A DNA stretch of 64,000 bases from Lingula anatina. Taxonomy: Eukaryota; Animalia; Brachiopoda. The stretch lies in assembly GCA_051362555.1 (NCBI GenBank), contig CM120647.1, positions 5,022,001 to 5,086,000 on the forward strand, read 5' to 3'. Positions 12,060-21,716 of the stretch are shown one piece after another; position 1 is the stretch's first letter, and the number at the start of each line of letters is the position of its first letter. The notes below the pieces were generated by a model. It was not told where the DNA came from. It saw nothing but the letters and a program-made list of their open reading frames with translations, and made no database searches. Made by a program: the position numbers and the translations under genes.

Positions 12060-12524
12060 ATGATGATCATCCGGAAACCGATTCTGAGTTGGGGGGGTGC
12101 GCTATATGGACCGGTCATGCCATACGCAAAAGAAGAAGACCGAATTTTGAGTTTTCTTAATTGGCCGGGCAAACTACTTATCAACCCAATCCCTTTAGCC
12201 ATTAGTGGATTTTACCGAGACCCACGAGCGTCTAGACACGATGATGTGGTTCGTTGTTTTTACTGCGATTTGTATCTAAAGAATTGGGACCCGCTGAGAG
12301 ATGCCCCAGATGTCGAACACGAACGACACTCTCCTCAATGCATGATGAGTACGGTTGGAAAAAGAATAAATCAACGATTTAATGTACCACTTACACCTAA
12401 AAAGCGATTTCAAATGGTTAGGCTTTTTGTGGTAGATGACACACTGCCCGTTGTACATACCGCCAGTACAGTGATGTCGCTACTAAATACCCATTACGAT
12501 GAAACTGGCGGGAACTATAAATAG
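12060..12524 (+). CDS. BIR-domain (inhibitor of apoptosis-like) protein, single BIR, no RING
   Basis: EEDRILSFLNWP...LAISGFY...DVVRCFYC..LKNW...PDVEHERHSPQC: RxxSF/WP, GFY and the CxxC-H-C zinc ligands of a BIR domain. Confidence 0.9.
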   Translation: MMIIRKPILSWGGALYGPVMPYAKEEDRILSFLNWPGKLLINPIPLAISGFYRDPRASRHDDVVRCFYCDLYLKNWDPLRDAPDVEHERHSPQCMMSTVGKRINQRFNVPLTPKKRFQMVRLFVVDDTLPVVHTASTVMSLLNTHYDETGGNYK

Positions 12525-12585
12525 AGATAGGATAAAGAAAGAAAACATTTAGCTTGTTGGAATTGATCCATAACTGTATGAGAAA

Positions 12586-13692
12586 ATGCCGCGTAAGAAA
12601 AAAACCAAGAAAGGGCAGAACAAAACAGATGCATATCTGCATAGTTTGTATACCAACCCGTCAAACCCTGTAAGCTTTGGTGGTATGTTAAAACTGTATA
12701 ATGCCGCACGAAAAGATGGTATGAAAATCAGTCGTCAGCAAATCAAAGATTTTCTAGCCGCCCAAGATGTGTATACATTACATGCACCGGTTAGGAAACA
12801 ATTCAGTACAAATTGCGTCATGGTGAATTATATTGATGATCAATGGCAGGGTGATCTGGCAGACCTCAGTAAAATAGCAAAATACAATAAAGGAATGAAA
12901 TTCTTGTTAACCGTGATTGATATATTTTCAAAATACGCATGGGCAGTTCCAATCAAATCAAAATCAGCGGACAATGTATTAGATGCGTTTAAAGGCATTG
13001 TTTCCGAAGGCAGAAAGCCACTGGTACTTCAAACTGATGCAGGGACAGAATTTGCAAATAGAAAATTTCAAGCGTACCTCAAGAGTCAAGGCATAGCTTT
13101 TTTCACAACAAAATCGGAAAGAAAAAGCTCAGTGGTTGAGCGTTTTAACAGAAGCATAAAGACCCGTTTGTACAGATATTTCACAGCAAACAGTACGTTA
13201 ACGTATGTGACAGTCCTAAACGACTTGATGACAGGATACAACCATGCAAAACATCGAATCATAAAGATGGCCCCAATCGATGTGAATCCACGAAATGCAA
13301 ACATTGTGTGGAAAAACTTGTATGGAAAAGTAAAAATAGGGAAGTCGGGGTTTAAATTTCAAGTAGGAGATACTGTAAGATTAAGCAAAACACGCACCCC
13401 TTTTGCAAAAGGATACGAACAGGGATGGACACAGGAAATATTTACAATATCAGAAAGATTAAACAGAACACCTCCTGTGTATAAGGTGAAAGATTACAAT
13501 GGAGAGCAAATCGAAGGTGTCTTGTACGAACCAGAAATGATTAAAGTTATTAAAACTGACGACGTGGATCGTATCGAGAAGATTTTAAAGACCCGTGGAA
13601 AGGGGAAAACTAGGCAGCTTTTTGTAAAATGGGTAGGTTATGATGATCGTTTCAATACTTGGGTAGATTCAAAGGATGTACAAAAAACATAA
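12586..13692 (+). CDS. Maverick retroviral-like (rve, c-int) integrase with C-terminal chromodomain
   Basis: DDE triad in WQGDLAD / QTDAGTEF / VVERFNR; chromodomain IEKILKTR...LFVKWVGYDDRFNTWV. Confidence 0.96.
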   Translation: MPRKKKTKKGQNKTDAYLHSLYTNPSNPVSFGGMLKLYNAARKDGMKISRQQIKDFLAAQDVYTLHAPVRKQFSTNCVMVNYIDDQWQGDLADLSKIAKYNKGMKFLLTVIDIFSKYAWAVPIKSKSADNVLDAFKGIVSEGRKPLVLQTDAGTEFANRKFQAYLKSQGIAFFTTKSERKSSVVERFNRSIKTRLYRYFTANSTLTYVTVLNDLMTGYNHAKHRIIKMAPIDVNPRNANIVWKNLYGKVKIGKSGFKFQVGDTVRLSKTRTPFAKGYEQGWTQEIFTISERLNRTPPVYKVKDYNGEQIEGVLYEPEMIKVIKTDDVDRIEKILKTRGKGKTRQLFVKWVGYDDRFNTWVDSKDVQKT

Positions 13693-13730
13693 ATGTAACC
13701 GGTACCAGACAATACACCTCATTTGAAAGG

Positions 13731-14462
13731 ATGGCGTCGTCTTTTCATGTTATCTTACCGTCAAACAGCAGCTTTAAGTATTTCCCTAACAACAGACCCG
13801 AGACATTCCAAACAAAACTGTCATCGTCACTTAATCTAGAAGGGGATTTTGAAGTCTCATTGGTCGAACTACAGTACCCATATTCGTGGAATAATATTCA
13901 GAACGGTGTCTTGACATATTACGACGGGGTAAAAACAAATACGTTAAACATTACTGCAGGGTATTATCCGACAGTTGGCGATCTAATAACTGCAATTCAC
14001 GATCAGTTAACAGCTATTGGAAAAACAAACATAATGTTGGGTTATAACATTATCAGCAGACGAGTTACAGTTCACTTGAAATCGGGGGCCTACATCGATG
14101 TTGCGGGAGACATGGCGACAATGCTAGGGTTTAAACCGAATGTCAGAGTTAATGCAGATACAATAGCCCCTTACCCTCCAAACATGACGTTAGGGTTCAA
14201 TTCCCTCTACGTGTATACAGATATTATACAAAATCAGATGGTAGGGGACGCTTCGGCAAATTTACTGAGGATTGTTGATATTAATGGTGTTTACGGACAA
14301 GTGGTCACAAAAACATTTGACAATCCCATTTACATCCCTCTAAATCGTCGTCATATTGACACAATTCGAATAGATATAAGTCGTGACACGGGTGAACTTG
14401 TGCAGTTTGATAGCGGGAAGGCTATAGCGACACTTCATTTTCGCAGAAAGAGTTTATTATAA
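13731..14462 (+). CDS. Minor capsid protein (penton, single jelly-roll)
   Basis: Likely ATG at 13731: MASSFHVILPSNSS..FPNN..FQTKL...LEGDFEVSLVEL ... LYVYTDII..Q.VGD...LLRIV...LHFR, the typical Maverick penton pattern. Lies between integrase and MCP. Confidence 0.88.
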   Translation: MASSFHVILPSNSSFKYFPNNRPETFQTKLSSSLNLEGDFEVSLVELQYPYSWNNIQNGVLTYYDGVKTNTLNITAGYYPTVGDLITAIHDQLTAIGKTNIMLGYNIISRRVTVHLKSGAYIDVAGDMATMLGFKPNVRVNADTIAPYPPNMTLGFNSLYVYTDIIQNQMVGDASANLLRIVDINGVYGQVVTKTFDNPIYIPLNRRHIDTIRIDISRDTGELVQFDSGKAIATLHFRRKSLL

Positions 14463-14464
14463 AA

Positions 14465-14842
14465 ATGGATCCTGTATACGTAGCGTTAGTAAAAAGATAC
14501 GAAGCACAGGTGGGCGGAGGATCCATTCATAAATTTAGAGGTACAAGGGTACAATCACGAATGCAAAGAGGCAATGGTAGGTTATTTCAACCTAGACACG
14601 CTGAAATATTGCATGTAGATAGACAGAATAACCCGAAACGCACAGAACAACCCGCAGTAAAGAAGAAACGTAAAAGAAGTCGTACCCCGAAGTCAAAACT
14701 TTATGTTAATGGTGACATCATAAGGAAAACGTTAAACGCCATGACTATAAAAAAGAACAACACACCTAAAGCATCCAGAAGAGTAAAAGGTAGACGACCA
14801 AAACAGTCACGTTCATTCAAGGCACGAGAAACGAATTTTTAG
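14465..14842 (+). CDS. Small Arg/Lys-rich virion core-like protein with QxGxG motifs
   Basis: YEAQVGGG and MQRGNG motifs, a KKKRKRSR tract, and 2-nt gaps to the penton and MCP ORFs on either side. Confidence 0.75.
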   Translation: MDPVYVALVKRYEAQVGGGSIHKFRGTRVQSRMQRGNGRLFQPRHAEILHVDRQNNPKRTEQPAVKKKRKRSRTPKSKLYVNGDIIRKTLNAMTIKKNNTPKASRRVKGRRPKQSRSFKARETNF

Positions 14843-14844
14843 AC

Positions 14845-16164
14845 ATGAATAACACTGAAAATGATCCCATCGTCAGAACTGAACTGGATATATTTTCGAA
14901 TATACGCGATCATATGCAGACCGATCTGTTATCGAGCTATTTTGAAGAAGTGAGACCTCTCACTGCGGTTGCAGATGTGAGCCCCGTAATAGAATTTGTC
15001 ATTAAAGGAACACCCGACGAATATATCGATACGACGCAAATCAACCTATACGTTGAAGGTCAAATTGTTAAAGCAGATGGAACTGACATCGATGCAGGAC
15101 AAAACACGTCAGTTGTGAATAACACGCTACACTCCCTATTTACAGCGGTTGACGTAGAGTTGAATGACCATTTAATAACTGTGGGACAGAATACATATGC
15201 CTACCGCGCATACTTGGAAAATTTATTGTATTATGGGAAAAATGCTAAAGAATCGCTTTTAACTTCGGAAATGTATTACCGAGATACCGATGGAATGATG
15301 GACGACGTTGATGTAGACGGAGACCCAGGGAATGAAGGATTTAAGGCCCGTAATTCTTGGTTTCAAAGGAGCAGGAGGGTTGAAATGTATGGACCGTTAA
15401 AAATTGACTTAGCCACTCAAAACAAGCTTCTTCTGAATCAAGTGGACGTACGAATCAAGTTGCGAAGGACGTCGCATGCATTTTGCCTTATGTCGGACAC
15501 TGATGAACAAGAGCAATTTCTGATCAAATACATATCCCTTTTTGTAAGGAGAGTCAAAGTATCTGATCGGTTGAAACTGGCTCATGAGAACATATTAGCC
15601 AAACACGTAGCATGTTATCCCATGACTAGAAGGGAAGTCAAAGTTATCAATTTACCCAATGGTGTAAGAACGGCTCATATTGACAATGCGTATTTTGGAC
15701 GCATGCCTAAACGTATTCTTTTGGCTTTGTTGGAAGATGATGCTTTTTCGGGAGATTATACTAAGAATCCGTTTAATTTCAAACACAACGATTTAAGGCA
15801 ACTTCGATTAATGGTGGCGGGGGAACAAATACCATTCAAACCTTACAATTTTGATTTTAGTGTTCAAGGGGGGTTAAACTACTTAAGGGCGTATTATGAT
15901 CTTTTGTCAGCAGTTGGAGCGGCAGACGGAGAGCACAGCATCGATATTGATAGAACTCAATACCTGAATGGATATGTTTTATTCGCTCACGATCTAACCC
16001 CTGATCAAACCTTTGACAATTATATAACTCCAACAAAGCAGGGTTCGCTTAACATCGATCTGGAGTTTGGACAACAGATTAACAATATCGTGTTGCTTGT
16101 CATGGCAGAATTTGATTCAGTTATCAAAATTGACCAACGTAGGAGCGTTTTTGTAGAATATTAA
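14845..16164 (+). CDS. Major capsid protein (double jelly-roll)
   Basis: 439 aa with ELDIF, VIEFVI, NNTLHSLF, YAYRAYLENLL and NPFNFKH motifs characteristic of Maverick MCPs. Confidence 0.94.
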   Translation: MNNTENDPIVRTELDIFSNIRDHMQTDLLSSYFEEVRPLTAVADVSPVIEFVIKGTPDEYIDTTQINLYVEGQIVKADGTDIDAGQNTSVVNNTLHSLFTAVDVELNDHLITVGQNTYAYRAYLENLLYYGKNAKESLLTSEMYYRDTDGMMDDVDVDGDPGNEGFKARNSWFQRSRRVEMYGPLKIDLATQNKLLLNQVDVRIKLRRTSHAFCLMSDTDEQEQFLIKYISLFVRRVKVSDRLKLAHENILAKHVACYPMTRREVKVINLPNGVRTAHIDNAYFGRMPKRILLALLEDDAFSGDYTKNPFNFKHNDLRQLRLMVAGEQIPFKPYNFDFSVQGGLNYLRAYYDLLSAVGAADGEHSIDIDRTQYLNGYVLFAHDLTPDQTFDNYITPTKQGSLNIDLEFGQQINNIVLLVMAEFDSVIKIDQRRSVFVEY

Positions 16165-16167
16165 AAT

Positions 16168-16695
16168 ATGAATACGAAGCAAATAGAATGCATTCTTCAG
16201 ACTGATCCGGTTACGAGTACATGTTTTCAAGGGGTGTTTGCATCAGACGCGATGCCCAAAAAGATATGGACTTATCCAGCATGCCTCGTAGCTAATACGG
16301 ATCCTCACGATAAACCGGGCGTGCACTGGGTTGCTTTTTACTTTGATGAACAGGGACATGGAGAGTTCTTTGACTCTTATGCGAAATCACCTTATTATTA
16401 CAATGCAGCTTTTAAACGTTTTTTAGACGAAAACTCTTTATCTGGGTGGAAGTGTAACACTAGGACATTACAGAGCCTGTATACCAAAGTGTGTGGACAA
16501 TACTGTATATATTACTTGATGAATAGATCTCGTGGAAAAAAATTAGAACAGATACTTAGTAAATTCACCAGCGACAAACAATTTAATGATATATTAGTGT
16601 ATGATTATGTTAATGCACGTTGCAACATACCCTACTGTGTAAACGGGTGTTTTCAAGTTTGTAGATCAAAGAAGTCACTAGGAATATTGTATTAA
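16168..16695 (+). CDS. Adenain-like cysteine maturation protease
   Basis: NTDPHDKPGVHWVA (His), EFFDSY (Asp) and LQSLYTKVCGQYC (Gln/Cys). Confidence 0.95.
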   Translation: MNTKQIECILQTDPVTSTCFQGVFASDAMPKKIWTYPACLVANTDPHDKPGVHWVAFYFDEQGHGEFFDSYAKSPYYYNAAFKRFLDENSLSGWKCNTRTLQSLYTKVCGQYCIYYLMNRSRGKKLEQILSKFTSDKQFNDILVYDYVNARCNIPYCVNGCFQVCRSKKSLGILY

Positions 16696-16760
16696 ACACA
16701 TTTATTCGAGTAATAATAAAAATACAGCTGTGCAAATATGTTTTATGTTATTATTTTATT

Positions 16761-17189
16761 TCAATATATGTTGAATAAAGATAGTTTAGATTTTACTACA
16801 TTTTCCGAATCTTTCTGACTTGGCCTGGGAGCTGGTTTAGTTTTTGCTACATGTCCCGAGCCCATCTGAGTTGAACTGGAAGAAGTGTCCAACGACATGA
16901 TCTGGTTGCGCCGCTTTACGTTTGAGATGTTATTTAGTGGTACATTAAGACGTTTCAAACCCTTTAAAAATACAGTAAGCCCTGGCGGTTCGTAATTCCT
17001 ACGGGGTACATACAGATCGTTAAACAAATCTACTACATTGCTTCCTTCGTACACTCTACCATTGTATTTCAACTCCCCTTGATCATTATACGACAGCACA
17101 TTAGGTTGGTTAGACATGTATCTCAAAATTACGTTAGCTTTGCGACGCACACGCTGTGGTATTGCATCTAATATCTCATCCATCAGCAT
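16761..17189 (-). CDS. Conserved Maverick protein of unknown function (PW/PZ-like); probably 5'-truncated at the adjacent (TA)n tract
   Basis: GELKYNGRVYEGSNVVDLF...PPGLTVFLKGLKRLNVP resembles a recurrent Maverick ORF. Convergent with the protease; the ORF starts right next to the microsatellite. Confidence 0.7.
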   Translation of the reverse strand: MLMDEILDAIPQRVRRKANVILRYMSNQPNVLSYNDQGELKYNGRVYEGSNVVDLFNDLYVPRRNYEPPGLTVFLKGLKRLNVPLNNISNVKRRNQIMSLDTSSSSTQMGSGHVAKTKPAPRPSQKDSENVVKSKLSLFNIY

Positions 17190-17195
17190 ATAACG

Positions 17196-17196
<1 letters not shown>

Positions 17197-17290
<94 letters not shown>
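17197..17290. repeat. (TA)n microsatellite
   Basis: Pure TA run of about 90 bp. Confidence 0.95.
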
Positions 17291-17294
<4 letters not shown>

Positions 17295-17398
17295 TTATTT
17301 TAGCGCTGTACTTCTGTTAACATTTAGTGATGTAGTAATGTTTACATTATTTACAAATATATATTTATATACATGTATATGATTAGTTAAATTAATTG

Positions 17399-17680
17399 TT
17401 AACTTACCTCTTCGTGTATGTCACTAAGAGTGTATGCAAACTGGTCCATGACCAGCTTGCACAGCATTGGGTCCCTTAATAGTGTGTTTACTGTTTTTAT
17501 GCTGATGCGTGCATAATTCTGTACACAAAAGTTTATGCAGCACGCCCTAAGGGACGTGCATCCCATCCTATCTGCCATTGACATTAAGTCAATGACATTT
17601 TCCGTATTTATACTTGTGTAAATTTGCTCCTCGCACAACTCCTCAAGAGTTGCTGCATTTTCCTCCCAAATAACCTCCAT
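17399..17680 (-). CDS. Stand-alone BACK/3-box domain protein resembling the SPOP C-terminus (93 aa)
   Basis: LEELCEEQIYTSINTENVIDLMSMADRMGCTSLRACCINFC matches the BACK pattern LxxxCExxLxxxxxxENVxxxLxxADxxxxxxLxxxCxxF. Strong Kozak caccATGG; TATAAATA ~45 bp upstream on the minus strand. Confidence 0.8.
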   Translation of the reverse strand: MEVIWEENAATLEELCEEQIYTSINTENVIDLMSMADRMGCTSLRACCINFCVQNYARISIKTVNTLLRDPMLCKLVMDQFAYTLSDIHEEVS

Positions 17681-18262
17681 GGTGTGTTTGGAAGGATACT
17701 AGAGCATTGTTTGAAACGTGGTATTTATACCCCCTCTTCCCCTAGTCTCAGCCAATCTGTATTATGAACATGATTATGAAATGATTGACAGTTGACAATC
17801 TCATACTACCATACCCATGTTGAAGCCAGTCTCCCACCCCTCCACTCCACCAAGCCCACCCATTCCCCTTTCTTTCCGTCATTTCTTAGTTAAACCCGCT
17901 ACGTCTAATGAGCATTCTCGTGTTCATTGCAGTTGTTGTGACTCTGCAGTACTTTTCCCATGCATCTATTACAGCTGTAGCAATAAAAACAAAAGTCATA
18001 GTACTGTAATATGATTTTATAACGGACTACATTCTATATGTATATATACATGTAAAAAAAAAAAGTCTATCTAAAATAGTCAACAGAAAAATAAGAGTCA
18101 CAATTCAGTTTCTCCTTGAGGTTCCTCTGCATTTCGACGTCTTCGTCTCAAATAAAATCTTCTAACTAAGTGGATGGCATATGCTAGCGCTAAACTACTT
18201 ATACTGGCAAGCCCCGAGGATAATCCAGCTGAAACAAAAATGAAGCGTAATAACTATGCATT

Positions 18263-18952
18263 CTACAAAGAAGCTACTGAATCATAAATTCTGTCTTCTA
18301 ACTGTATTGGCGCTAAATAACTCTGATTACTTAAACTATTCATCGACTCTGGTTCTACACGTAATTGTGTGCGAAAAAATAATTTTATCAGACATCCTAT
18401 GATTGCAATAACGCTAAATAAAATTGCTGTGGTCAGACTAACTGTAATAAAGTCAGGTGTAGTCCAGTTGCACGTACAGATGGTACTTGCACAGTCAGCC
18501 ATTTCATCTTTCTCAGTGGGGTTGGAAAGTGGTGATGAAGTAGTCATATCGGTAGCTGCAACTGATATAAATGTCGTCGTATTCCTCGGGTTACAAACAA
18601 CGTCCATACATCCCCATCTGGAAACATGTTATCCAGGTTCACACCTTTTGCATGGTCAGCATCCTCAAAAATTATCACTCTCATACCTAATAATATAAAA
18701 CAACGGTACGATATTTACATCAATAGATTGGTTGGATACAACTTAATTTTCCCCCTATGCTCTATATGTTTAGGTAAAATTGAATGTAAATTTCTTAGGA
18801 AATTAATTTTGCTCACCCGAATAAACTTCGCCATCTTCAACACCATGACATTTAACTGTGTAAACAGGTAAATTTCGGTTGTTACAGTCTCCACGGGCAA
18901 TGCTCATCCGAGATATAATCAAAAGTGTAAGAAATAAATTGAGTCTTTCCAT
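18263..18952 (-). pseudogene. Spliced type I membrane protein gene (signal peptide, S/T-rich stalk, TM helix, Tyr-motif tail), apparently frameshifted
   Basis: Exon 1 (18952-18817) MERLNLFLTLLIISRMSIARGDC... ends at a GTGAG donor; intron 18816-18687 ends in ttag. Exon 2 stays open, but the TM-bearing ORF 18607-18263 (FITVSLTTAILFSVIAIIGCLIKLFF, tail IYDSV) is in another frame. Confidence 0.55.
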
Positions 18953-19215
18953 GATGAAGTTCTACGTGTTTCTAAGTTTTCGCTTACTATTATCCTTACA
19001 ACATCTGGTTTTCAACGGTCAATGTTCAAGTTTTATAATTAGCCTGGCTATGCTAGCGCTTTGATCTATGTAGTAATGTGATTTATTAGGAGGGGCCTGG
19101 ACATTTTAATGGGGAATACCCGCTTTAAGGGTCTGCCGCTAGATGGCGTGGGGGTGAAAGCAGTCCTTCTAAAATCTCGCAGAATCTCGCTCACGGCTTT
19201 ACACCAGAGTTTAAC

Positions 19216-19316
19216 ATGGAGCGTGTGCACGCGTCGCTGACAGTGAACCAACTCAAACGCAATTTACTTGAATGTGGTGCCATAACATCTGGATAAAAAT
19301 GTGAATTGACTGGAAG
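19216..19316 (+). pseudogene. SAP-domain first exon of the ISL2EU accessory (nuclease-type) gene
   Basis: MERVHASLTVNQLKRNLLECGAITSG*KCELTGR with a GTATGT donor, spliced to an acceptor at 19537 (..RLPK). SAP consensus with one stop codon. Confidence 0.7.
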
Positions 19317-21399
19317 GTATGTGTTTTCTTTTCATTTAGTGCTTGAAAAACACGAATGCTAACTATTTTCCTTGAAAAAATCAAAAATTAGTCGAGGTGT
19401 GTGTGTCAAATCTGACATGTTATGTACATGTACATGTAGACTACTGTAGGTACGAGTAGGCCTACGCTCATATTTTGTTTTAGTAGCACGAAATATTTTT
19501 ATACTTAGTAAATGTACTTATTTATTTTCTTTATAAGATTACCCAAAGAAGGCCCATATATCGGGGGCAAAGCCTGAAACTGTCGATTTCAGGACCCCAG
19601 GACAGCCAACTTCAAGAGCAGGATAAAATGATTACTTCAGGAATCTTACCTATCACTTCACATCAGCGGCAAAGATTGATGTAGCCACCAGTAATGCCTA
19701 CCCTAAAGCTGACTTACAGGCGGCTGTGATGGACAACAACTATTGCCAAGTGCCATGAAAAGAATAAAGCATGGATAGAGGGAATGATGTAAGTGAAAAC
19801 AGAGGTCTACTATTTAAGAATCAGGCCCAAATATGAGAAAGAATTATCAAACTAGGTGATAGGTGACATCATAGAATTATAATATTGTATCTAAACTAAT
19901 CTAAATTGTATCTATTTAATGCTGTAACCATCTACCATGCTTTAATGGGATATGAATATTTCAGGTTGAGGAACAAACAGCGAAGGACACGGAGTAAGCA
20001 AGTTATAACAAGGAAAGAGCGCAATCTGACACAAGGAGAGACAATGGCGGATCACTGCCTCAAGATTTGGAGAGATAATTGCAGCTACAGAGAAGAAGTA
20101 TATAAACAAACTGTATGAATCATTGTTGTGTCCAAAACCATTGCAGACACATGACAGTTGGACCCGGACCTGATTTCCCCTTTTGGAATGTGTATCTCGT
20201 GCACAAATCCGGGCCTAAAAAAACCTGCAAATACTTTACTCAGTTAGAAGGCCAGATGTTCATTACGAATCGCCCATTCTGCTATTTTTGTTGTGTTTAC
20301 ATTCAAAGATCTGTTTGTGGGGTTGATTCATTCTGACACTGGATATTTTTCTACATGTATTTTGCCGAGGATAACTTTTTTTAATGAAAAACACTATAGG
20401 AAGTACGTGTCAGCTAGTTTATAGAAAGTACCCCTGTATGAGATGGTTTTATCTGCAATCACAATTTTGAAGTGCCATTTAAAAAAAATGTTTTAACTAA
20501 AATGAAATAATTTGGTGGTGCTATATTCTTTACAAAAAGTACTTATGTGTTTATGCTGTTTTTAATAATATTTAACTGTAATGAGAAAAAACTATGATGC
20601 TATTTTGTAAAGTATTTTTAGTGGGATGAAATAATTTGATAGTTGTATTTACAGCAAATAATTTGGTTTTTCTGCTTTTAAAAGAATTTTCAAAGTGCTG
20701 ACATAATGTGGTGGTTCTATTCAAGTAAAATAATTCATAAGTACTATTTTGTAAAAAGGAACAAAAAAACTGTTCATTTGTAAAATGTTTGCTTTCTTTA
20801 ATTTTTATTTCTTAAACTGTTACAAAAAGTTTTCCATACCTACAGTAATCCATTGGCTGAGAAATTGCAGCTATATAATCAGGAAAGTTATAGCACAAAT
20901 AAATTATCTAAGTATTACATGGTTTCATGGTTTTTACTATGGACTGAATAATTATTTTGTTTAAATAAAACATTTGGTTTTGCTGCTTTTTAATGAATTT
21001 TCAGAGCGATGAAATAATATGGTGTTTCTACTCAAGTAAAACAATTCAGAAGTGCTATTTTGTAAAAAAAAAAAAAAAAGAATAAAAACTGTTTATTTAT
21101 AAAATGTTTTCTTTCTTTAAATTTTATTTCTTAAACTGTTACAAAAAGATTTCCAAACATGCATTATTCCATTGGCTGAGAAATTGCATCTATACATGTA
21201 CAAATAAATTATCTAACTATACCTAGTTTTATGATTCTTACGATGTACTGAATAATTTTTTTAAATAAAAATAATTATTTAATTAACATTACCGGTCATG
21301 CTCAATACATCAATAAAAAAGGATATTACTTAATAACACAACCTTATGCGGGTAGAAGGCTACCGGCACTTATGTATATTTACTGACAACTCTTCTGAA

Positions 21400-21716
21400 A
21401 TTACGGACATAAGAAGAAAACGCACTTTGATAAATCGTACTTTCTAGGGGCACTTTCTTGCTATGGAGCTCTCTTTCCAAAACTTTATAAGTTTTTCCAA
21501 GATCAATTAACCTTTCTACGTGTATTCTTTTTGAGGCAACTCGTCTATCTTTAGGGGCCTAATTACTGTGCCTGGGTCAAGTTGTAACTGTCCTTTTAAC
21601 ATGGAAGGTGTGTTGACATGGGCAACCCTTCACTTCAAACGAAGCCCTGAATCCTCAGGAAAATTATGCCCACCTTGCCGACTTTGACATTCAGTTACAC
21701 AACAATACTGAGGCAT
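21400..21716 (-). pseudogene. THAP + DDE_Tnp_4 transposase remnant, internally deleted
   Basis: MPQYCCVTECQSRQGGHNFPEDSGLRLK*RVA (THAP start) joins directly to HVNTPSMLKGQLQL and, after a frameshift, DRRVASKRIHVERLIDLGKTYKV (Harbinger/ISL2EU DDE C-terminal motif). Confidence 0.85.

Noticed and set aside
18590-18686. TNF-receptor-like Cys pattern on the minus strand (GC*PCKRCEPG*HVSRWGCMDVVC) in frame with the TM ORF
   Set aside because: It needs three stop codons repaired within ~20 codons, while the splice-compatible frame over the same bases is open. Likely coincidental, though not fully excluded.
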